NCBI GenBank assembly: GCA_030390025.1
Contig: CM059432.1
Location: forward strand, 33,606,001-33,670,000
Direction: 5' to 3'
DNA: 64,000 nucleotides
Source: Squalus acanthias
Taxonomy: Eukaryota
Shown: one piece after another, positions 1 to 11,929 of the stretch
Numbering within the stretch: the first letter of the stretch is position 1
How the letters are laid out: every line of letters begins with the position of its first letter
Position numbers and translations under genes: made by a program
The notes under the pieces: generated by a model
The model's database searches: none
The model's input: only the letters and a program-made list of their open reading frames with translations
Told to the model about the DNA's origin: nothing

Positions 1-680
1 GATGGTGCGGTCAACCGTGTCAAAAGCTGCAGACAGGTCGAGAAGGACGAGGAGGGATAATTAACCACTGTCACAGTCAAGTAGGATTTAATTTGTGACT
101 TTGATGAGAGCCGTTTCGGTACTGTGGGAGGGGTGGAAACCTGATTGGACGGATTCAAACATGGAGTTCCAAGAAAGATGGGCACGGATTTGGGAGGTGA
201 CAGCACATTCAAGGACTTTGGAGAGGAAAGGGAGGTTGGAGATGGGGTGGTAGTTTGCAAGGACAGAGGGGTCAAGTGTTTCTTTTAAGGAGAGGGGTGA
301 TGATGGCAGATTTGAAGGAGTGGGGGACAGTACCTGAGGAGAGAGAACCATTAACAATATTAGCTAACATGGGAGCCAGGAAGGGAAAATGGGTGGTCAG
401 CAGTTTAGTGGCAATAGGATCGAGGGAGCCGGAAGTGGGTCTCATGGACAAGATGAGCTCAGAGAGGGCATGAGGGGAGATAGGAGAGCAACTAGAGAAA
501 GATCTGAGTTCAGGGCTAGGCCAAGGGGGAACCTTAGAGGAAGTTTGGCCTGGTGGGCTAGGGGAAGGAAGGGAAGTGGCACAGGCAGTTGATCGGATGG
601 TCTCAACCTTAGTGACAAAGAAGTCCATGAGCTCCTCGCACTTGTTGTTGGAGGTGAGGGTAGAGGAGACGGGGAGAGGG
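1..680 (-). mobile_element. L2-clade LINE fragment (ORF2 reverse transcriptase region), frameshifted, runs off window start
   Basis: Minus-strand translations give FKSAIITPLLK, NYHPISNLPFLSKVLE and QSGFHPSHSTETALIKVTN, and positions 1-60 read LLDLSAAFDTVD. These are typical L2-type RT motifs split over several frames. Confidence 0.85.
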
Positions 681-1544
681 GCCCTTGTGCAATGAAATTA
701 TGCCAAGCATGAAGGAGGTACGGTGTTAACAGGGTTGAGAATGCAATTAAAGTTACCATCTACTGTTTTATAAAGACACATTCTGGGCCAGTGTCACAAG
801 GAGATTGTGACATATCAATGAGAATCAGGGTACTGCCCTGATGGTTTATATGAGAATGGATGCAAGACATATTGGACTTCCATAGTAACAGAAAATGGGA
901 TTGTAAACCAATGTAACAGTATGAGAAGGCTGAGTTGTTTTCAGACTAAGATGCAATGGAATGCTATTCATATGCTTTAACCAAACCTTGACAGGTTTGG
1001 TAATTGAACACTCCTTCTAGGATTAGAGAGGTGAAAAGCTGGTCAGCCAATACAAACTGTGTTAGCTTTCGATAACAACATAATTTATTTTAAGAACAGG
1101 AAAAGACTAGAAACCCAACAAGCCCATCCCATTTTTATAGCTCAACGCCACCCACCCACCTTCTTACCCTATCCCTTCTCTACCTAAACACATCCAGTGG
1201 CCTCATTTATAGTTCTAAGAACTTCCCTGGTAACTTATTAATCAACTTTTTTTATCTGTCAGGTGAAAAGGTCTCATCTGACTTCCCTTCTGACTCTTAG
1301 CTTTCCCAATTCATGTCCCCTGGTATTTGACCCTTCACTATAGTAAATTATTTGCCTGGATTCATTTGGTCAGTTCCCTTCACAATCTCAAACGCCTTTC
1401 CTTAACCTATCCTCAAACCAACTTCCGTAACCTATCCTCAGAGCTCAAAAACCCTTATTTAGGATTATCTTTGCTGCCCCCTCTGTACCATCTCAGAGGT
1501 TATAATGTCCTTCTCTTGATTAAGTGACTAGTGCCTCATACTGT

Positions 1545-2010
1545 GGTGTCAGCCTTGGCTCAGTGGTGGCACTCTTGCCTCTGAATCAGATGTTGTGCGT
1601 TCAAGCCCCACTCCAGAGCCTTGAGCATATAATCCAGACTGACACTTCAGTGCAGTACTGAGGGAGCGCTACTGCACTGTTGGAGGTGCAGTCTTTCGGA
1701 TGAGACGTTAAATCGAGGCCTGGTCTTCCCTCTCAGATGGATGTAAAAGATCCCATGACACCATTCGAAGAAGAGCACCAAAGTTCTTCCCGGTATCTTG
1801 GCCAATACTTATCCCTCGACCAACAGTACTAAAACAGGTTATCTGACTATTAGCTCATTGCTGTTTGTGGGACCTTGCTGTGTGCAAATTGGCTGCTGCA
1901 TTTCCTACATGACAACAGTGACTACACTTCAAAAGGTACTTAATTGCCTGTAAAGTGCTTTGGAACATCCTGAAGTAATGAAAGGCGCACTATAAATGCA
2001 AGTCCCTTTT
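1545..2010 (+). mobile_element. tRNA-derived SINE with Deu-like central domain (SacSINE1/DeuSINE-like), near full length
   Basis: A-box-like TGGCTCAGTGG, B-box-like GTTCAAGCC, core TTTCGGATGAGACGTTAAA and tail AAAGGCGCACTATAAATGCAAGT. Five more related copies occur in the window. Confidence 0.8.
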
Positions 2011-2685
2011 GTGAACCAGATGGAGTCTATTTAGTCTCTGAAGAGTTAAGGTAATAGAATTCTTCTTCACTTTATTGCTATTTTTTTCTTTTGATTGGCT
2101 CAGCAAGTTCCGTGAACTCAAACAGGAAATGGTCTATCACTATCTCTGAGCTAATTAAAAGAACATTAGGAAAGGCCGTTGCCTTGCGAGGCTTCACTGT
2201 AGCATTTCTGCAGTGTGTCACTACGTGTGACAAGGTTAATGTCTCACAGTTTACTGCATCTCGTTTGCTAATTTGCTTACGCGGTCCTACAACAGAGGAA
2301 CTGGCCACTCACGTGCGAGATCCCAAGAGGCCTGGTAGAATTAAGGTTGTTAAGTAATAATAGAGCATTTTTTTTTCCATTTAAATTGGTGCTTTCACCT
2401 CAGTGAAGAGCGTTGAGCTCCCCTCAGGGTCATTTCCTCATAATATTTGCATCCAGAACTTCCCTGTGAGGTCAGCCACTGCTGCAGATGCTATGTCTGA
2501 TTCAGCACTGACTTGTATGAACCCATTTCTTAACATAAATGATATTTATGAGTATTCTATTTCAATTTTCTCCCCTCCTCCCCTGCAGGCACTGATGCCT
2601 ATTACAGTGCAGCTCCACGGATGACAGCTAGCCTCTCCCGAGTGAATATTCGTGAGCTTGAACCTTGAAATTCAACAGAGTATTT

Positions 2686-3060
2686 GGTGTTAGCTGTGGC
2701 TCAGTGGTAGCACTTTCACCTCTGAGTCAGAAGGTTTTTTTTGGTTCAAGTCTCACTCCAGAGACTTGAGCACAAAATCTAGGCTGGCACATCAGTGCAG
2801 TGCTGAGGGAGCGCTACATTGTTGGATGTGCCATCTTTCGGATGAGACGTTAAACCGAGGCCTCGGCTGCCCTCTCAGGTGGATGTAAATGATCCCATAG
2901 CACTATTGTGGGACCTTGCTGTGTGCAAATTGGTTGCCACATTTCCTACGTTACAACAGTGACTAAACTTAAAAAAGTACATCATTGATTGTAGAAGGCT
3001 TTGGGAAATCCTGAGGTTGTGAAAGACTCTATATAACTGCAAGTGTTTCTCTTTTATTTA
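2686..3060 (+). mobile_element. Deu-like SINE copy with internal deletion
   Basis: Colinear with 1545-2010 but jumps from CACTATT to GTGGGACCTTGCTGTG near 2908, lacking about 100 bp. Confidence 0.8.
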
Positions 3061-3097
3061 TTTGTGGATGGCACCACAGCCAAGCCTAATCTGGTCA

Positions 3098-3668
3098 TGG
3101 GAACATAGGAACAGCAGTAGATGATTCAGCCTCTCAAGCCTATTCAACAATTTTATTGATAGTGGCTGATCTGTACCTCAACTCTGTTTACCTGCCTTTG
3201 ATCCATATCCCTTGATACCCTTAATTAACAAAAATCTAGCGATCTCAGTCTTGAAATTTCAATTGGCCCAGCATCCACAACCTTTTGGGGAGACAGTTCT
3301 AGATTTCCACTAACCTTTGTGTGGAAAGTGCTTCCTGATTTCACTCCTGAATGGCCTAGCTATAATTTGAAGATTGTCCCCCCTTGTTTTGGATTTCCAC
3401 ATCAGAAGAAATAGTTTTGCCGTATCTACCCTATCAAATCTTTTTGTTATTTTAAACACCACGATCAGATCACCCCTCAACCTTCTAAACTCAAGGGAAT
3501 ACAAGCCAGGTTTATCAACCTGCCCTTATAATTTAACCCTCTAAGCCCGCTAATGAATCTGCGCTGCACCCCCTCCAAGGCCAATATATCCTTCCTGATG
3601 TGCGGTGCCCAGAACTGAATGCTGTACTCCAGATGGGGTCTGGTCAAGGTTCTATACAACTGAAACAC
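3098..3668 (-). mobile_element. CR1 LINE 3' fragment
   Basis: ORFs 3477-3668 and 3310-3504 give LYRTLTRPHLEYSIQFWAPH, LEGVQRRF and SLEFRRLRGDLI. GGAACATAGGAACA terminal repeat near 3100. Confidence 0.85.
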
Positions 3669-3929
3669 GAGTGAGCTTGGGAAGCAGTAAAATGACGGTT
3701 AACTCTGCCCCTCCATGATGGACCTTCAGGCCATGCCTGCTGGGTGTTAGTCAGAATTTATCATTCATTATATTGTTTTCCAGTGTTCGTCTTTTTCCCT
3801 TCCTTTCCTGAAGGCTCTGACTCCTGGCTCACACATGGCATTGTTTCTGGCTCCTCATTCATTCCAGTTCTAGAGCCGATCTCTATTCAGTCACTTGTGT
3901 TAGCTTTGAGTACTTAATCCGGGTTGAAC

Positions 3930-4204
3930 GCTAGTGTACTGCTGAGGGAGTACTACATTGTCAGAGGTGCCATCCTTTATAAAAAGATTCCACAGCGCTA
4001 TTTCAGAGGAGCAGGGGAGTTATCTTAGTGTCCTGAGCCATATTTATCCCTCAACGAACACAACGACATAAATAAATAAACTGGACATTCATCTCATCAC
4101 AGCTTGTGGGATCAAACGATATGCAAAAAAGGCTGCCTAAATAGCAGCAATCACTGCAAAGTAATTCATTTAATCTGAATACTTTGAGATGTTTCTGAGA
4201 GATG
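3930..4204 (+). mobile_element. Degenerate partial Deu-like SINE
   Basis: Segments CTGAGGGAG..ATTGTCAGAGGTGCCATCC, TATTTATCCCTCAAC and TTGTGGGATC match the other copies. Confidence 0.6.
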
Positions 4205-6998
4205 TTCAAATAGACACATGGGAATATGATGTTGTGGCGATAACAGAGCCCTGGCTCAAAAAAGGGCAGGATTGGGTACTAAATATTCCTGGATATAAGG
4301 TGTTCAGGAAAGATAGGGAACTAAAGAAAGGAGGTGGGATGGCAGTATTGATTAAGGAGAATATTACAGTGCTGGAGAGAGAGGATGTCCTGGAGGGGTC
4401 AAGGACAAAATCTATTTGGTTAGAGTTAAGAAACAATAGAGGTGCCATTACATTACTAGGTGTATTCTATAGGCCACCTACTAGTGGGAAGGATATAGAA
4501 GAGCAAGTTTGCAGGGAAATTACAGAGAGGTGCAAGAACTATAGAGTAGAGATAATGGGGGACTTCAATTATAAGAACATAACATAAGAACATAAGACGT
4601 AGGAGCAGGAGTAGGTAATTTGGCCCCTTGAGCCTGCTCCGCCATTCAATAAGATCATGGCTGATCTGATCTTGGCCTCAACTCCACTTCCCTGCCCGCT
4701 CCCCATAACCCTTGATTCCCTTATCGTTCAAAAATCTGTCTATCTCCACCTTAAATATATTCAATGACCCAGCCTCCACAGCTCTCTGGGGAAGAGAATT
4801 CCAAAGATTCATGACCCTCTGAGAGAAGAAATTCCTGCTAATTTCCGATTTAAATGGGTGCCCCCTTATTCTGAAATTATGCCCCCTAGTTCTAGATTCC
4901 CCCACGAGGGGAAACATCCTCTCTGCATCTACCCTGTCAAGCCCCTTCAGAATCTTATATGTTTCAATAAGATCCCCTCTCATTTTTCTAAACTCCAATG
5001 AGTATAGGCCCAACCTGCTCAACCTTTCTTCATAAGACAACCCCTTCATCTCCAGAATCAACCTAGTGAACCTTCTCTGAACTGCCTCCAATGCAAGTAT
5101 ATCCTTCCATTAATAAGGAGACCAAAACTGTACGCAGTACTCCAGGTGTGGTCTCACCAACACAGTTGTGTATCCTAATATAGACTGGGATAGTAATAGT
5201 GTAAAGGGCAGAGAGGGGGAAGAATTTCTGAAGTGTGTTCAGGAGAACTTTCTTGAGCAGTACGTTTCCGGCCCAACGAGGAAGGAGGCATTGCTGGATC
5301 TGGTTCTGGGGAATGAGGTGGTGCAAGTGGAGCAAGTGTCAGATGAGGAACATTTAGGGAACAGTGATCATAATATCATAAGGTTTAGATTAGCTATGGA
5401 AAAAGACAAGGAGCAATCTAGAGTTAAAATACTTAATTGGAGGAGGGCCAATTTCATTGGGTTGAGAACAGACCTGGCCCAGGTAAATTGGAATCAAAGA
5501 TTGGCAGGCAAAACCTTAATTGAACAATGGGCTGCCTTTAAAGAGGAGATGGTTCAGGTACAGTCGAGGTAGATGTCCACGATGGGGAAAGATAGGGCAA
5601 CAAAAGCCAGAGCTCCCTGGATGACGAAAGAGATAGGGTATAAGATGAAGCAGAAAAAAGGGGCTTATGACAGATGTTAGGTTGAGAATATAAGTGAGAA
5701 CCAGGCTGAATATAGAAAGTTCAGAGGGGAAGTAAAAAAGGAAATAAGAGGGGAAAAGCGAGAGTATGAGAATAGACTGGCAGCTAACATAAAAGGGAAT
5801 CCAAAATTCTTCTATAAGCATATGAATAGTAAACGGGTAGTAAGAGGAGGGGTGGGGCTGATTAGGGACCAAAAAGGAGACCTATGCATGGAGGCAGAGG
5901 GTATGGCTAAGGTAATAAATGAGTACTTTGCATCTGTCCTTACCAAGGAAGAAGATGCTGCCAAATTCATAGTGAAAGAGGAAGTAGTTGAGATACTGGA
6001 TGGGCTAAAATTGATAAAGAGGAGGTACTAGAAAGGCTGGCTGTACTTAAAGTAGATAAGTCACCAGGACCTGGATGGGATGCATCCTAGGATGCTGAGG
6101 AAGTAAAGGTGGAAATTGCGGAGGCACTGGCCATAATCTTCCAATCCTCCTTGGATACGGGGGTGGTGCCAGAGGACTGGAGAATTGCAAATGTTACACC
6201 CTTGTTCAAAAAAGGGTGTAAGGATAAACCCAGCAACTACAGGCCAGTCAGCTTAACCTCGGTGGTGGGGAAGCTTTTAGAAATGATAAGCCGGGACAAA
6301 ATTAACAGACACTTGGACAAGTGTGATTAATTAAGGAAAGCCCGCACGGATTTGTTAAAGGCAAATCGTGTTTAACTAACTTGATTGAATTTTTTGATGA
6401 GGTAACAGAAAGGGTTGATGAGGGCAATGCAGTTGACGTTGTGTACAAGGACTTCCAAAAGGCGTTTGATAAAGTGCCACATAATAGGCTTGCCAGCATA
6501 GTTGAAGCCCATGGAATAAAAGGGACAGTGGCAGCATGAATACGAAACTGGCTAAGTGACAGGAAACAGAGAGTAGCGGTGAACGGTTGTTTTTTGGACT
6601 GGAGGAAGGTATACAGTGGTGTTCCCCAGGGTCGGTACTAGGACCACTGCTTTTCTTGATATATATTAATGACTTGAACTTGGGAGTACAGGGCACAATT
6701 TCAAGATTTGCAGATGACACAAAACTTGGAAGTATAGTGAACAGTGAGGAGGATAGTGATAGACTTCAAGAGGACATAGACAGGCTGGTGGAATGGGCGG
6801 ACACGTGGCAGATGAAATTTAATGCAGAAAAGTGCAAAGTGATACATTTTGGTAGAAAGAACGAGGAGAGGCAATATAAACTAAAGGGTACAATTCTAAA
6901 GGGGGTGCACGGAACAGAGAGACCTGGGGGTATATGTGCACAAATCATTGAAGGTGGCAGGGCAGGTTGAGAAAGCAGTTAAAAAAACCATACGGGAT
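4205..6998 (+). mobile_element. CR1 LINE ORF2 (APE endonuclease + RT) pseudogene, truncated at both ends, interrupted at 4573-5170
   Basis: YDVVAITEPWL, IPGYKVFRKDR, GVFYRPP, MGDFNY|PNIDW, LLDLVL, HLGNSDHNII (APE); VPEDWRIANVTPLFKKG, NYRPVSLTSVVGKLLE, GSVLGPLLFLIYINDL, FADDTKL (RT). Several stops and frameshifts. Confidence 0.92.
4573..5170 (-). mobile_element. CR1 3' fragment inserted antisense into the CR1 endonuclease region
   Basis: ORF 4678-5091 (VQRRFTRLI...KGIKGYGERAGKWS), AAGAACAT-type tail at 4573-4596, flanked by TAT at 4570-4572 and 5171-5173. Confidence 0.88.
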
Positions 6999-6999
6999 C

Positions 7000-7555
7000 C
7001 TCTAATCCCACTCTCCTGTCACTCCTTGTATCCTTTAATATCCCACTTTGTCTAATCCCAATCCATTTACCCTTTAATTCCCACCTAGTCTAATCCCACT
7101 CTCCTGTTTACTCAATATACCTTTACCACCTACTCTAATTCTACTCCCCATACCTTTAATATTGTACCTAGTCTAATTCCACTCTCCTGCTCATTCCCCC
7201 TAACTTTAATATTCCACCTAGTCTAATCCTACTCTCCTAATCACTCTCCATAACCTTTAATATCCTACCCAATCTAATCCCACTCTCCTACTCACTCCCC
7301 GTACTGTTTAATATCCTACCCAATCTAATCTCACTCTCCTGTTCACTTCCCATACCCTTTAATATCCAACCTAGTCTAATCCTATTCCCTGATCACTCCC
7401 ATATCTTTAATATCCCACCCAGACTAATCTCACTCTCCAGCTCACTCCCTTTATTATACCAGCCAGTCTAATACCACTGCTCCCTCCCCCTACCCTTTAA
7501 TATCTCACCTAGTCTAATCCCACCCTCTTGCAGAGTCCCTATATTCTTTAATGTT
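7000..7555. repeat. Diverged ~50-bp minisatellite, about 12 units
   Basis: Recurrent CTAATCCCACTCTCCT...CCCCATACCTTTAATATCCCACCTAGT with indels. Confidence 0.85.
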
Positions 7556-7699
7556 TCTCTTTTACATGCAACTCTCTAATTCCCTTTTCAAAATATTTGA
7601 TGGACTATTTCAACAACAGTTTCTCACAAAGCATTCCACATTCTTTCCACCCAAATGCAGGTTTTTCATTTATTCTTAGCTGGAAGTGTGTGTTGGATC

Positions 7700-7795
7700 C
7701 TGTGCATGTGTATGTGTACATGCACACACAAATGTGTGGGCATGTGTGTGTGTACATGTATGCATGTGTATGCATGTATTTCTATGTGCGTGTGG
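7700..7795. repeat. Degenerate TG/CA alternating purine-pyrimidine simple repeat
   Basis: TGTGCATGTGTATGTGTACATGCACACAC... tract. Confidence 0.75.
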
Positions 7796-7866
7796 TTGCC
7801 AAGCCCTAGCAAAATCACATTTGGCTGCAGCGACCTCCACAGTCAGACAATCTCCTAGCACTTACT

Positions 7867-8463
7867 ATAGTTCCGTCCGTAAGCATGACCCCGAGCTTCT
7901 GGTTGCCTATCACTTTAATTTCTCGCTCCACTCCCACTCTGACCTCTCTGTCCTCGGCCTCTTACACTGTCCCAATGAAGCTCAATGTAAACTCGAGGAA
8001 CAGCACCTCAACTTTCGATTAGGGACTTTACAGCCTTCTGGACACAACATTGAGTTCAACAATTTCAGACTGTAACCTCTGCCCCTATTTTTTCACGTGG
8101 CAGCTGTTGATGTTTCTGTCATTCCCATTTACACCTCTTCTAGACTCATCTTTTGTTTCTTTACTTGTCCCATTACCATCTCCTTTTGCTTTGTACTATC
8201 ATCTCTTTTGTCATTTAATCTCTCCTGCCCTCGACCCTATCACAGACCTTCCCTTTTGTTCTTTCCTCCCCTCTCCCCTTTCCCTGCTCTGGACCTGGTT
8301 AAAATCTGTTACATCTCTAACTTTTTCCAGTTCTGATAATAGGTCATCGACTTGAAAAGTTAACTCTGTTTCTCTCTCCACTGATGCTGCCTGACCTGCT
8401 GAGTATTTCCAGCATTTTCTGTTTCTATTTCAGATTTCCAGCATTCGCAGTATTTTGCTTTTG
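7867..8463 (+). mobile_element. Penelope-like retroelement 3' remnant (GIY-YIG endonuclease C-terminus + terminal region) with 14-bp TSD
   Basis: Translation VAYHFN..HSHSDLSVLGLLHC..EAQCKLEEQHLNFRLGTLQPSGHNIEF resembles the Penelope GIY-YIG C-terminus. Direct repeat TCCTAGCACTTACT at 7853-7866 and 8464-8477. Confidence 0.8.
8329..8365 (+). ncRNA. Degenerate minimal type I hammerhead ribozyme motif in the Penelope remnant (probably inactive)
   Basis: AGTT-CTGATAA-T-AGGTC-ATC-GACTT-GAAA-AGTT-AACT. Stem I AGTT/AACT, stem II AGGTC/GACTT, core boxes resembling CUGANGA and GAAA. Confidence 0.6.
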
Positions 8464-8899
8464 TCCTAGCACTTACTGTCTGAACATAAACGTGCGAGGA
8501 CTAACGGCTTGGTGTGTGGTACTGGAATATTACACATGCACATCGAATCATAGCCCAGTGTGAGTCGGTGCCTTCAGGAGATGAAAAAAAAGTTAGGGGA
8601 GGGAAAATGGTTATAGGTGTCTATTGAAATCAGAAAAACATCGTTAATGTTCTCACAGAGCAGGAGAGCTCCCCATTGAGACAACATCAAAAATAATGAA
8701 GAAGTGGGGAGAAGGAATGTTTCCATACAGGTCTGTTCTGCAGATGCATGAGTTGTTCTCAGACAAGATTGGGTTTTATTTGCTTTGGCTTTGAAATTCC
8801 ACTGTTGGATCTTACATGATTCTAGAAAATTGGCGAGAAAAAGAAAATTAAAAAATTACCATCAAACTGAAGTCCTCAACTTATATTTTTAAAACTTCT

Positions 8900-9315
8900 T
8901 ACTGGACTATTAATCCTGGACGAATAATCCATAGGACGTGAGTTTAAATCTCGCCATGGCAGTTTGAGCATTTGAATTCAGTTAAAAAAAAAATCTGGAA
9001 ATAAAAAACTGTCGGATGGCATGAAGCTGTCGGATTGTTGTAAAAACCCAACTGGTTCACTAATGTCATTTAGGGAAGGAAACCTGTCGTCCTTTCCCTG
9101 TCTGACCTACGTGTGACTCCTGTCCCACGACAGCATGGTTGACTCTTAACTGCCCTCTGAGGTGGCCTAGCCAGCCACTCAGTTGTATCAAACCTGTACC
9201 AGCGGTTCAAGTAGAAGGCCCACCACCACCTTCTCAGGTCAACTAGTGATGGGCAATAAATGCCGGCCTTGCCAGCGACGCCCACCTCCAGAGGAGGAGG
9301 ACGAATAAAAAAAAA
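8900..9315 (+). mobile_element. Second SINE family (tRNA-like head, LINE-derived 3' tail, A-rich end)
   Basis: B-box-like GAGTTTAAATCTC near 8940. Tail 9200-9287 matches the 3' end of the LINE at 18170-18630. Ends in GAATAAAAAAAAA. Confidence 0.7.
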
Positions 9316-9512
9316 TCCTTCCAAACACATTATGGGGAAAGGTCTCACCTCGTGCTCCTCGCCCTGAAATGGGAAAACGCCACATAATAACGGTAAATAA
9401 TAACGGGCAGAAGGCCCAGGTCCTGCCACTTTCTGGCTCCTGAAATCTGAAGTCATTTTTGATTTATAAAAATTACTTTTAGTTCCTGGCTCTCTGTCAG
9501 CAATTCTTGTGT

Positions 9513-9592
9513 TTGGTGGTGGTTGGGGGGTGAGGGGGAGTGTGTGTCCGGGGGGCCGGGGGTGGGCGGGGGGGGCGGGGGGGGGAGGGGGA
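9513..9592 (+). repeat. G-rich low-complexity tract
   Basis: Many runs of 3-10 G separated by short linkers. Confidence 0.75.
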
Positions 9593-10264
9593 TGAGTTGC
9601 ATGTTCTCTCTCTGGGATAAATGGAAGCCATAAGTTTAATACTGAAATAAAAAATAAGAATGATAAATAGTGTGGGATGTCATCCAGTAAGTGTTCCACA
9701 ATATGTTACTATGTCTGAGTCAGTTATTTTCATTGAAGCTTTGACATACTATCTTCAGTTCCAAGCCGCAGCCCATTCCTGAAAGGTTGTGTGTTTTTTT
9801 TTGTTAAATTAAGAAAGGGCCATCGCCAAGGTTGAAAAGAGCGAGAGGCAAGAGGAGACTGATTGCAAAGCAGTGATTGAATACTCAACGAGCTTGGGTT
9901 TCAAAATCCTGCAGATTTTAAGAGGAAGGGAAGACTGAGGGAGATAGAGAGTCGCACAGTTTCGAGGTCCTGGGGAAGGAGGAGGTGTGTGCATTTTTGG
10001 GGTCCTGGCTCAGAATAGCATTCAAAGTTTAATCCCTACTCCAGGACTTCTCAATAAAGAGGCCACTCAGCCTATCAGGCCTATGGTGGTGCTTAATCTT
10101 CAACTGGAACGATGTACTCTAATCCTATTTCCCTGATCTTTCTCAGCATCCTTTTATGTTCTTGTCCAATTCCATTTTAAATGATATTATAGGCTTGGCC
10201 TCAATAGCTAATTATGCCAAAGCATTCCATGTTCTGGTAACCCTTTGGGTGAGAAAGGGTATCT

Positions 10265-10675
10265 TCTGTCTGCCTGCTGAGGTAGACATAAAAGATCCCA
10301 TGACACTATTTAAGAAGAGCAGAGAGTTCTCCTAGTGTCCTGGCCAACGGTTCTCTCACAACCAACACCACCAAAGAAAAAGATGAACTTATTTACTGTT
10401 TGTGAGATCTTGCTGTGTTCAATTGGTTGTTATATTTGTCTACAAAACAAAAGTAATTTGTTGGCTGTGACGTGCTTTATAGAATCATAGAATAGTACAG
10501 CATAGAAGGAGGCCATTCGGCCCATCGAGTCTGCACTGGCTCTTTCGAAGAGCAATCCAGTTAGTCCCACGGGCCCGTTCTTTCCCCATATCCCAACAAT
10601 TTATTCTCCTTCAACTATTTGCTTTGAGACATCCTGGGGACATGACAAGGTGCTATATAAATGCAAGTTCTTTTG
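10265..10675 (+). mobile_element. 5'-truncated Deu-like SINE interrupted by a CR1 tail
   Basis: AAAGATCCCATGACACTATT..GAAGAGCAG and the tail AAGGTGCTATATAAATGCAAGT match the other copies. Confidence 0.72.
10479..10619 (-). mobile_element. Short CR1-type 3' tail insertion with 6-bp TSD
   Basis: ATAGAATCATAGAAT terminal repeat and GGAGGCCATTCGGCCCATCGAG motif. TGCTTT at 10473-10478 and 10620-10625. Confidence 0.75.
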
Positions 10676-11929
10676 TCATTTCTGTCTTGCTATCTGTCCC
10701 CTACATTCTCCTAATGATAATCCCAAATTTACACCTCCTTGTTACCAATTTGCCAACTTGTCAATGGCCCTGAATGACGCTATTGACGCCAAGCGCAAAT
10801 ACAAATTAGATAGATTTCTTTCAGAAAATAACATCTTGGGATATAGTATATGAGTAATCCAAGGTTTTAAAAAGCTTCTTCTTCCCACAGAGATTAAATG
10901 GACAGAATGGAGAAGTTGATCAATTACCTGGAGGAGTAATTAATTACCTCTAGTTTGATCCTGGGGCCTTCACTTGGCTCTCAACATAACTCATGCCAGC
11001 TCTCAGCTGGTGAGAGTTCCATTGGGTCTAACTAAGCTCAATGGGCAGAATTCTTGTAGTATCCCGAGAGGAGCCTTTATTCGGCCTAGCCTACGTGTGA
11101 CTCCTGTCTCAGAATATGTGGGTAAAATGCCCTCCAAATTCGGCTGTAAAACAACTGCTACAGAATACAAATCCCGCTAACCGGAATTTGGGTTGAGATA
11201 TGAATGTGGTAGAATCCCGGCGGATCTGGGCTTTGCCCCAGATTCTGACCCCCCGCAGGCCACGGGAATTTTGGCCCCAAGACTTTTCTCTTACGATTGA
11301 CAGCAAGATTAGCCAATCACAGAAAAAAACAAGACTTCCTGTTTGTAAGTCCTGCGCCTTGTCTGGTTTTGGACTTGGCAAAAATGTGTCATCCTCAATT
11401 CAGCCCATCAAGACAGCTTATTGCAATGGACTATGTACAGTTCACACTTGTGTTCTCCCCCTGATTTTTTTAATCTCCAGAGGATGGCAAGGTAAAACCT
11501 TCAATAATGAGGAAGCTATGAAATTTCTCCCTGATGCCCAGAGGTAATCAAGTGAAAAACACTGAGCCGTAAATTCACATTGTAATTCATAGCCTGGACA
11601 GGGTACATTCCACCAATTAATGGTCCCAGCAGAACCAGAATCATTCGAAGGAACAGGGGAAGCAAAGGGACAAGAAAACAGCATTCAACTCCCAGCCCAC
11701 TCCTTTCACAGACACTGCACAATCTACCTTTATCATGGACTCAACACCTGTGTAATCGCCTACGGAAAAATCCAGCATAAAAAGTCCCTGATCCCTAAAA
11801 GCAATCGTCAAAACACCAGAATATTCTACGACATAAACCTGGCGTGCCGCCCTACACAGACAGCAACCTTCCTCACTGGCCCCAGTAGCACAGGAAACCA
11901 TTGTGTCCTGTGGAATAAATAAAGACCGT

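Noticed and set aside
1545..1620. tRNA gene
   Set aside because: The A/B-box-like head continues into a SINE body repeated several times, and I see no complete cloverleaf.
8660..8730. Possible short AG...GT exon
   Set aside because: Weak donor site, unrecognised peptide and no partner exons.
9070..9699. 209-aa proline-rich ORF
   Set aside because: It reads through the antisense G-tract and a SINE, with no recognisable domain.
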